Shown piece by piece: positions 1-10,213 of a stretch of 64,000 nt of DNA. The DNA lies in the NCBI GenBank assembly GCA_965226885.1, contig CBDDEL010000016.1, positions 864,001-928,000 of the forward strand, in the 5' to 3' direction. The position numbers were made by a program, and so were the translations under genes. The stretch is from Opitutales bacterium (GTDB lineage: Bacteria; Verrucomicrobiota; Verrucomicrobiia; Opitutales; UBA2987). The notes beneath the pieces are model-generated. The model saw only the letters and a program-made list of their open reading frames with translations, was not told the DNA's origin and did not search any database. Position 1 is the stretch's first letter. The number at the start of each line of letters is the position of its first letter.

Positions 1-271
1 TTGCTGAGAGTCTGCCGCTGGCGCGAAAACAGCTCCGTTGCTCCCTGCAAAAGCTGCTTCTTCCATTGGGTCACCTGGTTGGGATGCACCTCAAAACGAC
101 CGGCGATCTCGTTGATGGTATGAGCGCCCCTGATGGCTTCCAGGGCCACTCGGGCTTTAAACTCAGCACTGTATTGTCTTCTCTTTCGTGATTTAATAAC
201 ATTCATAGGTTAGCGGATTTAGTGGTTCAAGACCACCTTATTCCACTGTCCAGTTTTCCCCGTCCATTTCA
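1..271 (-). mobile_element. IS3-family element, left end (runs off the window start)
   Basis: The minus strand begins TGAAATGGACGGGGAAAACTGGACA at 271 (TG-start IRL). OrfA starts at 206 and reads MNVIKSRKRRQYSAEFKARVALEAIRGAHTINEIAGRFEVHPNQVTQWKKQ, an HTH typical of IS3 OrfA. Confidence 0.85.
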
Positions 272-450
272 TAGTTCGGTTCAGCAAACCGAACGTAGTC
301 TTCCCTAACTACCTGCTTTATAACCTCCTCTACGGTTTTTTCCGACTTGATACGGTATAGGATAACATTGAGGTGCTTAAATTCTTTAACCCGTTCGAGT
401 TCATTATCTTTCTCGAAATTCTTTTTGGAATCCTCTGGCGTCCCTTTTTA

Positions 451-1246
451 GGTAGTGTTAACATGACGAATGTTTGATATTGCTGTTGTATTCCCAGATG
501 AACAAGCACAGGACGCGAAAATGCATGACCAAAGACTTCGAGAATGACAGCGTTTTACGCACATAGCGTGACAGGGACTGTCGCAAGGTATTGTTCCAGC
601 GTTCGATATGGGCGGTTTGGCTGGATTGTTTCCCGCTGGCGCTGTTGTGAGGGAAAACCTTGTCGTAGCTTTCCCAGTAATCGCTTACGGTGGCACAGTC
701 GCGATAGGGCTGGGCGATGTTGTGATACAACTGCCAGCACGTTTGATCGCTACGATCACCCAGAGAAAACCCGACGACCTGTCGGGTACGTCGACACAAG
801 GCTACCCATAGCCATACCTGCCCCGAACGCTTATCGCCCCAGAATGACCACACCTCGTCCAGTTCCAGCACATCACTACACTGGCGGGCAAGCAGAGTGG
901 ACTCCAGCTTCGGCAAACTCAGGACTTTTTTTTAATCCATTCGATGACCGTCTTTGGGGCTACCCCGAAGGTACGGTAAATGGCACGCAGGCTCATCCGG
1001 TTTTGGTGCGCACGGAGCACCTGCTTGACCAGCGCCGGAGGATGCTCACGACTTTTGGGGTGAAGCCGAAACTGATAACCACACCCCTTGCATCGATACT
1101 TCTGAACCCCTTTCGGATCCTTGCCGTGCTTGATGATGTGATCGCTTCCGCATTGAGGACATTTTACTGTGATATGGACCATTCCCAGTTCACAACATAA
1201 TCACGCTAAAAAGTACAGCTTAAACATTCAAAATGTTAACACTACC
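451..1246 (-). mobile_element. IS1-family insertion sequence (InsA 919-1182, InsB 458-916)
   Basis: Perfect 14-bp terminal IR GGTAGTGTTAACAT / ATGTTAACACTACC. InsA has a zinc ribbon (CPQCGS..CKGC) and HTH. InsB has a DDE core (LELDEVWSF, SDYWESY, HIERWNNTLR). An A8 slippery run lies at the InsA/InsB junction. Confidence 0.93.
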
Positions 1247-1455
1247 CATTTTTCAAATCCAACCAGGATTTGTCCTTGAACATAATTCGATTCTTCCAAA
1301 GACGATCCACCACACACTAAACCAAAGAAGCAAAGGTGCAAAAAAAGAATTGGAAGGCGGAAAATAAACGTGTGGTGTTTCAAAATATCCGATTACAAAT
1401 AACCAGATACAGAGTACCACTTCCACTGTCAAGAATGTAAAAAGATCATTTACGA

Positions 1456-1862
1456 TTAGTTTTTTCCGGTCTTATGCAGCGTAAAAGTCATCTCTTTCCA
1501 GCTTTGGGAAACGGTGCCGAATAGATCTTGGCCGTCGTAACTGCCGTCAAACGACAACGTTCCATTGCGGGCCGGCAGTTCAAACTTGAGGCGGTTTTCC
1601 TCCACCCTGACTTTTGACAGCGTAACGCCCGCGGCCACGATTTTTCCCGCTTAATCTCAGGAAACTTTTGTCAGATAAGGAGAAGCGTAAGTCCATTGTT
1701 TATTGAGCATACCCTCTCCAGTCCACAGGAGACCAGTCCACAGGAGAGTAGCCGTGGCAAAAAACCGCAGACAACTTCGGAAGCCTGGCCGAATTGTGAA
1801 ATTACGACCGGAACAGCGATTAAGAGAAAAAGAGTGAGAAGAGTTTTTAGAGAATTGTTCAT
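1456..1862 (-). pseudogene. Probably degraded exported-protein gene
   Basis: A signal-peptide-like N-terminus (1671-1862) and a separate protein-like C-terminal ORF (1456-1638) are separated by stops and a frame change. A 15-bp tandem duplication lies at 1718-1747. Confidence 0.35.
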
Positions 1863-2053
1863 TTTAAATATATTTTTTCAGATTTTTTATTGATTTATAT
1901 GATAGGATGATAGGATACGGCTGAGACCCGTTTTGGTTTCAAAAAAATAAAAATTTTTTTCCGCTTCCTCTTGAACATGCATCCAGTTTCAACCACGCTG
2001 GACATAGTTCCCCCAAAAAGGCATCTTTAAATAAATCTTGGATTGAGGCAAAA

Positions 2054-4406
2054 ATGACTCCTCTTTATATATTTCTGCGAGCGGAAGGCTCAGGTCGACG
2101 GGAAGTCCTCCTGGACCTGATTGAAATGGGCCTCCCGGAGCATTTCGGAACGGTAACCCTTTACCTCTCCGAGGACGAACGCCCTTCCCCCCTGGATGAG
2201 GAACTTTATGCCATCCCCCACTCCGCCATTCTCAACTATCGCCTGGAAGACGTCTTCGAAATCAATGCCGAAAATAGGCCTCCGGACACTTCCGCGGTTT
2301 TTTTCATGACCGACGGCCGGACCAATCCGGTGGACCAGATCGAGGCGTAGAAACACTGGATGCGTTCGCGCGATATGGCCCTGGTCCGCATAATCACCAT
2401 CGTTAACTGCCACCTAGCCCGGATATTTCATGAAGGGTAAAGTTTGGCTCGTTATTGCTATTGGAGATGGAGATGGATTTCTTTGTATTTTGGGCGGATC
2501 GTCTTGATTTTGAGGTGTTTTTCAGGGTGTAGAGACACTTCCCCCTTTCCCCCATTGGTTCGGTAGCGCCGGGGGCAGCGCCAATGCGCCCTTTAGGTTG
2601 GCACCAACCGGCGGGCCGCATGGTTGAAAAGACTGGCGCCCATGGATAACTTTCACTTAGATGAAAGTGAATCGTTCGGGTGTTGCGCACGATGACCGCT
2701 CCGATCTTGATTAATTTTAGCCGTAGACTGTGGCATTGGAGCCGCGCCCACTTCGTCCCTTTTAATGCGAACCGGCGCAAGGCTTCCATCAAGGTGTAGG
2801 CCAGCCCCGACAAGAGCAATCGCCACTGGTTGGCCCACCATTTATGCGCGCTGGTGCGTTCGCTGAACAATTGCATCTGTTCCTTGATCCGGTTCTCCAT
2901 CTCACCGCGGCCACAGTATACTTTGTCGTAAAGCTCTTGGGGATCGCCCTGCAGGTTCGTCACCACGAAGCGCGGGTTGGACCCCTGTGCGGTGTGTTCG
3001 GCTTTGTGGATGATAAGGCGTTGGCGCCGCCACGATTTTGCCCCATACTCGAAGTGCTGAAACAGCCGTTGCTTTTTGCCGCTACCCTCGAACCATTGTT
3101 TGGCTTGCTCCTGCAACTGCCGGGCCGCTTGCTGCAAGCGTGCATGGCGGGCCGTTCCCACTATAAAATAAACCTCGTTGCGCTCGCACCACGAGAGAAT
3201 CCGATCCCGGCAGAATCCGCTGTCGGCACGCCAAATAATCCGCGTATGGGGCCAGCTTTGGCGAATCCGTTTAACCAGCAATTTGAGGATGGCCCCGGCA
3301 TGCTTGCTCGCATCGATCTTGCTGGGCCGCAGGTAGGCCACCAGAAGCTGATCGCCGCAAAAAACATACAGCGGCAAAAAACAGTAATGATCATAATAAC
3401 CGTGGAAAAAACGTCCCTCCTGGAGCCCGTGCACCGGATTGTCGGTGGCGTCAAAGTCCAGGATGATCTCTTCGGGTTCCTCGGCAAAGGATCCGATGAA
3501 CTGTTCGACCAGCAACTCGTTCAGGGCAAAGGCTGCCCGCCGATCCTGCCCGTTTTCAAAACGACACAAAGTCGGCGCGCTGGCCAACGCTTCAGTGCGC
3601 CCCGTTACCGTTTGCAACAAAGGATCGCGGCGCAGGGTGTCAAAGTCGTTCAAATCCTCATAGCCCGCCACCAGCCCGTAAACGCGCTGCCGGATCATGG
3701 CCAGCATCTCATGGCGCACTTTGCCCTTCTGCCGTTTGTCTACTAATTGCCGGGCCGCTTGCTCGGTCAAGCCCAACCGCCGATCCACTTCCCGGATCAA
3801 AAGCAGCCCGGCATCCGAAGTAACCTCACCGCCCTTAAAATCAACCCGCACACGGCGGCCTTTTACCCTTGTCAACTGTAGTTCTAATTGTTTACTTTTT
3901 GTCATCGCTGATATTGCTTTAATGTTTAATCTATCCTGCTGTATATCAGCAGATAAGCATATCAGCGATACTTTTTTTATGAAATTTCCGGGCTAGGGCA
4001 AGCCCACAAAGCACTCTTTGCCTGGTTCCAGGCCTGCATCCATTTTTCCGACGTGGTCCTGCTCAATAAAAGAACGGATAACACGGATAAATGGATCAAA
4101 ACATTTCGCGACCACTTCCATAAACACTGCTATCCCTGCGAATTCCAACTCGTCAAAAAAGGCAAAGTGGAAAACCCCGCCAAAGCTCTCGATGACCGAA
4201 CCAGAAGGCTCACCCTCATTTTCGACGACATCGAAGACACCGCTGCCACCCCCAAAATCTTCGAAGATTCAGCCGGAAACTGGGAATTGGAAGACGAAGA
4301 AAACGAGGAGGAATTCGACCATGAAATTCGACCCGATCCCTACTTTAAAAGGCTCCCCAGTGGTCTCCGGGCCAAACCCATCCCCGATATCGCCCAATAC
4401 CTGTAA
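2054..4406 (+). pseudogene. Conserved hypothetical protein gene interrupted by IS1380 and a nonsense codon
   Basis: Removing IS 2418-3992 and one CTAG copy joins ...IITIVNCHL to GQAHKALFAWFQACIHFSDVVLLNK... in frame. An in-frame TAG lies at 2348-2350. Confidence 0.8.
2418..3992 (-). mobile_element. IS1380-family insertion sequence, copy 1 (transposase starts at 3905)
   Basis: Ends CCCGGATATTTCAT / ATGAAATTTCCGGG, flanked by a CTAG direct repeat. DDE transposase motifs TSDAGLLL, ILDFDATD, RADSGF, RGEMENRIKE. A 2-bp insertion near the 3' end extends the ORF past the IS end. Confidence 0.93.
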
Positions 4407-4537
4407 AGGTAAAAGTAAAACAAACGGCACAGGCAGCATTGACGGTAATGAACAATGACGCTTGACTCCCCAAAGCAAAATCCTAATTAGCAAATAGAAC
4501 TGGCCGCCATACCAGCAAAAAGAACAGCCGGAACTAC

Positions 4538-4622
4538 GCCCAGGTGGTGGAATTGGTAGACACGCATGATTCAGGTTCATGTGCCGCGAGGTGTGGGGGT
4601 TCGAGTCCCCCCCTGGGCACCA
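4538..4622 (+). tRNA. tRNA-Leu (anticodon CAG)
   Basis: Acceptor stem GCCCAGG/CCTGGGC, anticodon arm CATGA-TTCAGGT-TCATG, long variable arm, GGTTCGAGTCC T-loop and encoded CCA. Confidence 0.96.
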
Positions 4623-4827
4623 TATTGATTATCAATAACTTGTGTAATTTTTAAGATAACGGTAGAAGGTAAAAATTCATACCTTTACCCATTTCATATA
4701 CTAAACTTGCACCTGATTCTTGCCAAAATTGTGTGCAGAAAACCCTTGGCTGTAGTTTTTTTCTTAATCTCAAGCCCGACCAGGGGAGGGGGTCCGCCTG
4801 ATTTCCCATGTGGCGATATACGTATTA

Positions 4828-5958
4828 TACCAAATCGCAAAAGGATTGATAAAGATTAAAAAACAGCTATAAAGGCGGAATGAGAAGATATATGGGAACC
4901 GATGAAGACCGTGAACGTATCAAGAAATTGCTCAACAAAGAGGCTATCGGCTGGCGTAAAGAGCGTTTGGTGGCATTAAAAATGGGCTTCCAGCCGCACC
5001 ACAGCATTGATGAAATTGGAGCCATCGTGGGCCGAGGCAAAGCGACGATCCAGCGTTGGTTTGACAAATATCGTGCTGCAGGGCTCGGGGCGGTGCTTAC
5101 ACGCGCCTACAAAGGCGGGATCAAAAGCCGTTGCGACAAAGAGGTGGAGGCCTTCTTGCTCAATGGTTTGAAGGTCGCGCGCTGGAACACAGCCGTTCAG
5201 GCGGGGCAAGAGCTGGAGCGACATTTCGGGCGCTCCTTCGCCTACAAGACGGTGTGGCGATGGCTAAAAAAATGCGCCGGGGTGCTTCGAGTCCCTCGCC
5301 CCGTGCATGAGAAACGGGACTCGGCAAAAGCGGAAGCGTTCAAGCGAGACTTTTTTAAGATCCTCCAGGAGCTTTCCCTCACCCGAGGCAATCGGGTTCG
5401 GGTGTGGTTTGCCGATGAAAGCCGTTTTGGTTTGCTTCCGGTGTACCGCCGGTGCTGGACGCAAAGAGGGCTTCGGCCGCACAAAAAATATCAGACAAGA
5501 TACCAGTGGAGCTACTGTTACGGAGCCCTCGACGTGGTCAACGGCGAGATGGTATGCATCCAAACCCCTAGCACGAATCTACAGTGGACGGAGGCTTTCC
5601 TCCAACAGATCAAAAAGCAATATCCTGAGGAGGAACATGTGGTTGTATGGGACGGGGCAGGCTTCCATCCGCACGACTCGGAGCACCCCAACGTCCCCCC
5701 GGGCATACATATCGTGAATTTGCCGCCGTATAGTCCTGAACTCAACCCGATTGAAAGACTTTGGGATATGATACAGGATCAAACGGCCAACAAACTGTGG
5801 CCGAGCATTGAGCGACTCGAAGAAGTCGTCGCAACCCATCTCAAAGACTGGTGGGAGGACACTGAAAAAGTCCTCTCTTTAGTTGGCGGAGGCTGGCAGC
5901 ACATTCAAGCAAACGCTTCTGCCAAATAACTTATTATCATACCTAATGAGATTTGGTA
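4828..5958 (+). mobile_element. IS630-family insertion sequence (transposase 4880-5929)
   Basis: HTH plus DDE motifs (WFADESRFG, VVWDGAGFH, LPPYSPELNPIE). Imperfect ~25-bp IRs TACCAAATC...GATTTGGTA with TTA on both flanks. Confidence 0.92.
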
Positions 5959-6094
5959 TTAGTTAATTGCCGATCAAAATATTTTCTGTAAAAGGGGAAA
6001 TAAACCCCTGAATTGGCACCCTTATTTCCCTCTCAATTCTCATTTTGATATGATTTCCTTTATTTGTTCTGCCGTCATTTGTTCTGCCGTCTTG

Positions 6095-6240
6095 AAAGTA
6101 TGCTCGCTTCATCGGTGCTCTGCCAATAGGCCAGCACTTCCTTCTTGAACGAAACAGTATATCTTTGCTTTTAACGAGTCATAGGATCTTCCTTTTTTAA
6201 CCCGTCTTACAGCCTACTGTCTACACTTCATGGGTAACCT
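6095..6240 (-). pseudogene. Decayed IS3-family left end and OrfA remnant
   Basis: The minus strand from 6182 reads MTR*KQRYTVSFKKEVLAYWQSTDE, preceded by an IRL-like GGTTACCCATGAAGTGTAGACA. Confidence 0.5.
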
Positions 6241-6272
6241 TAGCATCCATTTTTTAATGATGCGTGGAGGCT

Positions 6273-7600
6273 TGATGTGCACTGGAAAAAGTGGACACGA
6301 GATTCTCCTAAATGGAGAATCGAAGCATGGGAAGAAGACGCTTTAGTATAGAGTTCAAAAATGAGGCAGTTCAACTGATGATACTCGATGGTCTGAGCGC
6401 CACCGAGGTATCGACCAAACTTGGGGTCAACACCAACCAATTGTATAGGTGGAAGAGGCTCTATCTGGACGATCAGCAGGGCGAAGCCACCTCAAAGCGA
6501 CAGAGCAGTCCGAAGGAGATGGCGGCCGAGATAGATCGTCTTCGCAAAGAGCTGCGCCGCTCGGAGCGGATCAACCAGATACTAAAAAAAACGGTGGGCT
6601 ACTTTGCCAAGGACGAACAATGAAGTACCAGTTTGTCAAAGACAACGAGGGGCGCTTCAAGATCGAGGAAATATGCTCGGCGATGGGGATTTGTTGCAGT
6701 GGCTATTACTGCTGGAGGCACCGAGCGCCCTCGGCCCGGCGGATCGAGGACGAGGGAATCAAGGGGGCGATCCTGAAGGTACACAAAGAGGCCAAGGGCC
6801 GCTATGGGCATCGGCCAATGCACCGCCATCTGAAGGATGATGAGGGCATCGATTGCGGCCGTGACCGGGCTCTGCGTCTGATGCGTGAAATGGGAATCAA
6901 AAGCACCCAGAGTAAACGCTTTAAGCCATTAAAAACCAACAGTAACCATCCCTATGGTTACAGCCCCAATGTGCTTAAAAAGCATGGCCAGCCGACCCAT
7001 ATCGACGAGGTCTGGGTGGCGGACACGACCTACCTACGGACCCTGGCCGGTTGGATGTACTTGGCCACGGTGATGGACCTGTTCAGCCGACGCCTGCTGG
7101 GCTGGAGCGTTTCCAACCACAACGACGCGAAGCTGGTTGGCAAGGCCCTCAAAGCCGCGGCCATGACCCGCGGCACACTGCGCACCGGGATTATTCATCA
7201 CAGCGATCGGGGCAGCCCCTACGCCAGCGACGACTATCAGAGGCTGGTCTCTGAACTAGGCATGAAGCCGAGCATGAGCGCCCAAGGCAACTGCTACGAC
7301 AACGCGGCCATGGAATCGTTCTACGGCCGCTTCAAGACCAGCACGATTCGAGGCCGCCACTTTGCCGACGAGCGCGAACTGCGATCAACTGTCTTCGAAT
7401 ACGTGGAAATCTTCTACAACCGATATCGCAAACATTCCTCTCTGAGTTACCAAAGCCCAGTCCAATTCGAGGAAAATATTTGCCCCCCATGGGGGGCAAC
7501 GAGAAAACAAAACCCTTTACCAAAACAAGCCGCCTGACACACTAATCAATAAACAATGAATATAAGAGAATCCCGTGTCCAACAAATCCAGTACACGTCA
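6273..7600 (+). mobile_element. IS3-family insertion sequence, copy A (OrfA 6312-6623, OrfB 6620-7537)
   Basis: TG...CA ends (TGATGTGCACTGGA / TCCAGTACACGTCA) and a 3-bp TSD GCT. A8C frameshift motif. Integrase-core motifs WVADTTY, HHSDRGSPY, GNCYDNAAMESF. Confidence 0.96.
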
Positions 7601-7636
7601 GCTGCCTAAAACAGTCATTAAGAACGTTTTAGCGAA

Positions 7637-8569
7637 TCACTTTTTTTTCAACGATAATTTGCCCCAATGGTAGGTGAATTGGGTCCGAACGTTGAAGAGG
7701 CTGTCGTTTTCGCTGATGGTGTCCGGGAAGCGGATGATATCGAGCGGGGTGTAAAAAAGCTGGAACCCGAAACTGAGTTTTCCGGACAGGGGATAAACGA
7801 AGCCTCCGCTGTAAGAAACGGTGTTTTCTTCACTTTTTTGCAGACGTTTGTCCGGTTCGCCGAAGAGGGAGGTATCGAGTTTGAACTTGTTCCGCATACG
7901 GTTCCAGCCGACAGAGAAATAGGGAGTGAGCCCATTCAGTTTTTCCAACCGGTAGGAGATGCTACCCTCCGCCCCGTAATAGTCCATATGCACCCGGTCT
8001 CGTGATACCTCGGCACAGCCCCAGGGGTTGCCCTCGAAATCGTTTCCGGCCCGCACATTATCCTCGGTGCAGGTGAAGGCGCCGGTGGCCGCGCCCATTT
8101 GTCCATAAAATCGCAATCCCGCAGCCAGGGGACCCTTTTCAAAAGCTCTCCAATTGAGGGAAAAGGAAAAAATATTCGCCCTCACATCCCAAAGCTCGAT
8201 GGGCGGAATATAGCTGGCGCTGAGGGAAATCTTTTCACTCAGGTAATAACTGATAATGGGCCGTAGGCTGAGGGGCGCATTGTTCAGGTTTTCCACTTTG
8301 GCTCCGTCGAATCCTACCCGGCGCTCCTCTTCGCTCAAAAACGGAAATTCCACGATCTCTAGACCGAAGTCGATCCAGCCCTTTTCCCGCTGGGCGATGG
8401 GGCCGTAGCCGGTGAGCAAAGTGAGCGATGTAAAATACTTCATGGCCCAGGCCTCGGGCCGGGTCGGGGCCAGAAATTCGGGATCGTCGAATTGGGGTTG
8501 GGCCATCAGTCCCACGACAGAAGCGACTAGAACGAGAAGGGCCGCAGATAAAACGCGGGCATTTTTCAT
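7637..8569 (-). CDS. Exported hypothetical protein, probable outer-membrane beta-barrel
   Basis: 310-aa ORF with a signal peptide, amphipathic beta-strand pattern and a C-terminal aromatic strand (FNVRTQFTYHW). Confidence 0.6.
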   Translation of the reverse strand: MKNARVLSAALLVLVASVVGLMAQPQFDDPEFLAPTRPEAWAMKYFTSLTLLTGYGPIAQREKGWIDFGLEIVEFPFLSEEERRVGFDGAKVENLNNAPLSLRPIISYYLSEKISLSASYIPPIELWDVRANIFSFSLNWRAFEKGPLAAGLRFYGQMGAATGAFTCTEDNVRAGNDFEGNPWGCAEVSRDRVHMDYYGAEGSISYRLEKLNGLTPYFSVGWNRMRNKFKLDTSLFGEPDKRLQKSEENTVSYSGGFVYPLSGKLSFGFQLFYTPLDIIRFPDTISENDSLFNVRTQFTYHWGKLSLKKK

Positions 8570-8679
8570 ATTGCAGTAGCAGGTTAAAGAAAGTCAGGAA
8601 GCGGGGTAGATAGAGAGAAGTATATTCAATAAATTATTCCCGGCAATCAGAAAAATTCCTCTGCTCGCGTTCCTTCATA

Positions 8680-10212
8680 TCAACTCTCCGCATGAACTGA
8701 GAATAGGTTTTGTAAATCGGTCTTGAGAACTTTTCCCATGGAATTGCGGGGAAAGGATTGAACCATCCTAACCCGCGCCGGCGCCTTGTATCGCGCCAGC
8801 CGGGTTTTCGCCCAGTGCCGTAAATCATCACCCGACAAGCGGGCGTCCCGATGAAGCACAATGGCCGCACAAACCTGTTCACCCCACCGGTTATCCTCCA
8901 CCCCGACAACAGCCGCTTCCCGGATGGCCGGATGCTCCAGCAGGATGTTCTCGATCTCCAGAGCGGAAACTTTGTAGCCGCCCGTTTTTATGATATCGAT
9001 ACTGGATCTCCCCAATATCCTGAATGCGCCGCCGCCGTCTTCCCGCTGTGCAATGTCGCCGGTTAAAAACCACCCTTTGCGAAACGCTTTTTCAGTGGCC
9101 TCGGGAAGATTCCAATATTCCAGAAAAACGGAAGCTCCCCGGACCTCGATTTGCCCGGGCTGCCCCTCAGCGACTTCCTCACCATTTTCATCGGTTAACC
9201 GAACTTGCACACCGGGCAAGGGATGGCCCACGAATCCCGGACGTCGCTCCCCCTCCAAAGGATTGGACAATGCCATGCCGATCTCCGTCATTCCATAACG
9301 CTCCAGCAAAGTCTGCCCGCTTATCCGCCGCCATTTTTCAAAAACCGGCACGGGCAGGGCGGCCGAACCGGAAACCATCAGCCGGAAATCGCGACATGCA
9401 GCGCTCATCAATTTCTGGTCGTCTATTGAAGCATCGTCATCTTCCCCATATTCAATCAACCGGTGGTAAATGGTCGGCACCGCCATAAAGAGTGTCAGCC
9501 CGCCTTTTTTAAACCGTTTCCAGACTGTCCCGGCATCGAATTTTGGTTGAAATTCGCAGGTGGCTCCCGACCACAGGGCGCAGCAGAGCACATTGATGAT
9601 TCCGTGAACATGATGGAGCGGGAGCACATTGAGAATGCGGTCGTTTTGCCGCCACTGCCAGGCTTCCGCCAGACACTCGACCTGCGCCTCGATATTGGCA
9701 TGAGTGGTGACAACGCCCCTCGGTTTCCCTGTCGATCCGCTGGTGTAGAGGATCATGGCACTGCCATCCCTGGAAATTTCCGGCAATACAGGAGTGGGAC
9801 CGCTCCCGGTTTTCAACAAATCGGTGGTGAGTAGAATTTCGAGATCGAACTTGCGGCAAAGCGGCAGCAACCGATCGGCTAATGAAGGATGGACCACCAT
9901 CCTTTGCGCCCCACAATCGGCAATCACATGCTCAAGCTCCGGCAGGGGATGCCTGTCGCATAGAGGAACGGCCATTCCGCCGGCGCGCCAAATCGCCCAT
10001 TGCGTCCAGACATAATCAAACCCCGCCGGAGTGAGAAAACAAACGGGAGCTTCCTCCAGGTCCTTACGCCCCCGCAGAAGCGCTACGGCCGCCCGTTCCG
10101 TATTTTCCAAAAGCTGACCGTAAGTATATTCTCCGGTTGGATCGACAACTGCGATTCGACCTGAAAATCTTTCAGCCCGCTCGATTATGGCAACTCCACT
10201 CGTTGACTTCAT
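8680..10212 (-). CDS. Acyl-CoA synthetase (malonyl-CoA synthetase MatB/ACSF3-like)
   Basis: AMP-binding motif YTSGSTGKPRG plus ERYGMTE, FLTGD and IKTGGYKVSALEIE. Start placed at MKSTS, directly after the upstream stop. Confidence 0.88.
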   Translation of the reverse strand: MKSTSGVAIIERAERFSGRIAVVDPTGEYTYGQLLENTERAAVALLRGRKDLEEAPVCFLTPAGFDYVWTQWAIWRAGGMAVPLCDRHPLPELEHVIADCGAQRMVVHPSLADRLLPLCRKFDLEILLTTDLLKTGSGPTPVLPEISRDGSAMILYTSGSTGKPRGVVTTHANIEAQVECLAEAWQWRQNDRILNVLPLHHVHGIINVLCCALWSGATCEFQPKFDAGTVWKRFKKGGLTLFMAVPTIYHRLIEYGEDDDASIDDQKLMSAACRDFRLMVSGSAALPVPVFEKWRRISGQTLLERYGMTEIGMALSNPLEGERRPGFVGHPLPGVQVRLTDENGEEVAEGQPGQIEVRGASVFLEYWNLPEATEKAFRKGWFLTGDIAQREDGGGAFRILGRSSIDIIKTGGYKVSALEIENILLEHPAIREAAVVGVEDNRWGEQVCAAIVLHRDARLSGDDLRHWAKTRLARYKAPARVRMVQSFPRNSMGKVLKTDLQNLFSVHAES

Positions 10213-10213
10213 C

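Noticed and set aside
2348..2350. Amber recoding (pyrrolysine or alternative code) suggested by in-frame TAGs here and at 57624-57626
   Set aside because: TAG is the normal stop of intact genes in the window (lexA, ketosynthase, HAD hydrolase, oleA), and both cases lie in genes already broken by ISs.
2403..2640. Extended C-terminal domain on the IS1380 transposase (500 aa)
   Set aside because: It is caused by a 2-bp insertion relative to copy 2, which ends ...RRLVPT.
2844..3746. Long antisense ORFs (also 28144-29244, 54828-55964, 544-1200)
   Set aside because: They are shadow frames opposite well-supported genes.
4623..7636. Prophage or ICE at tRNA-Leu
   Set aside because: No integrase, phage or conjugation genes and no duplicated tRNA 3' end were seen. 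Only ISs are present.
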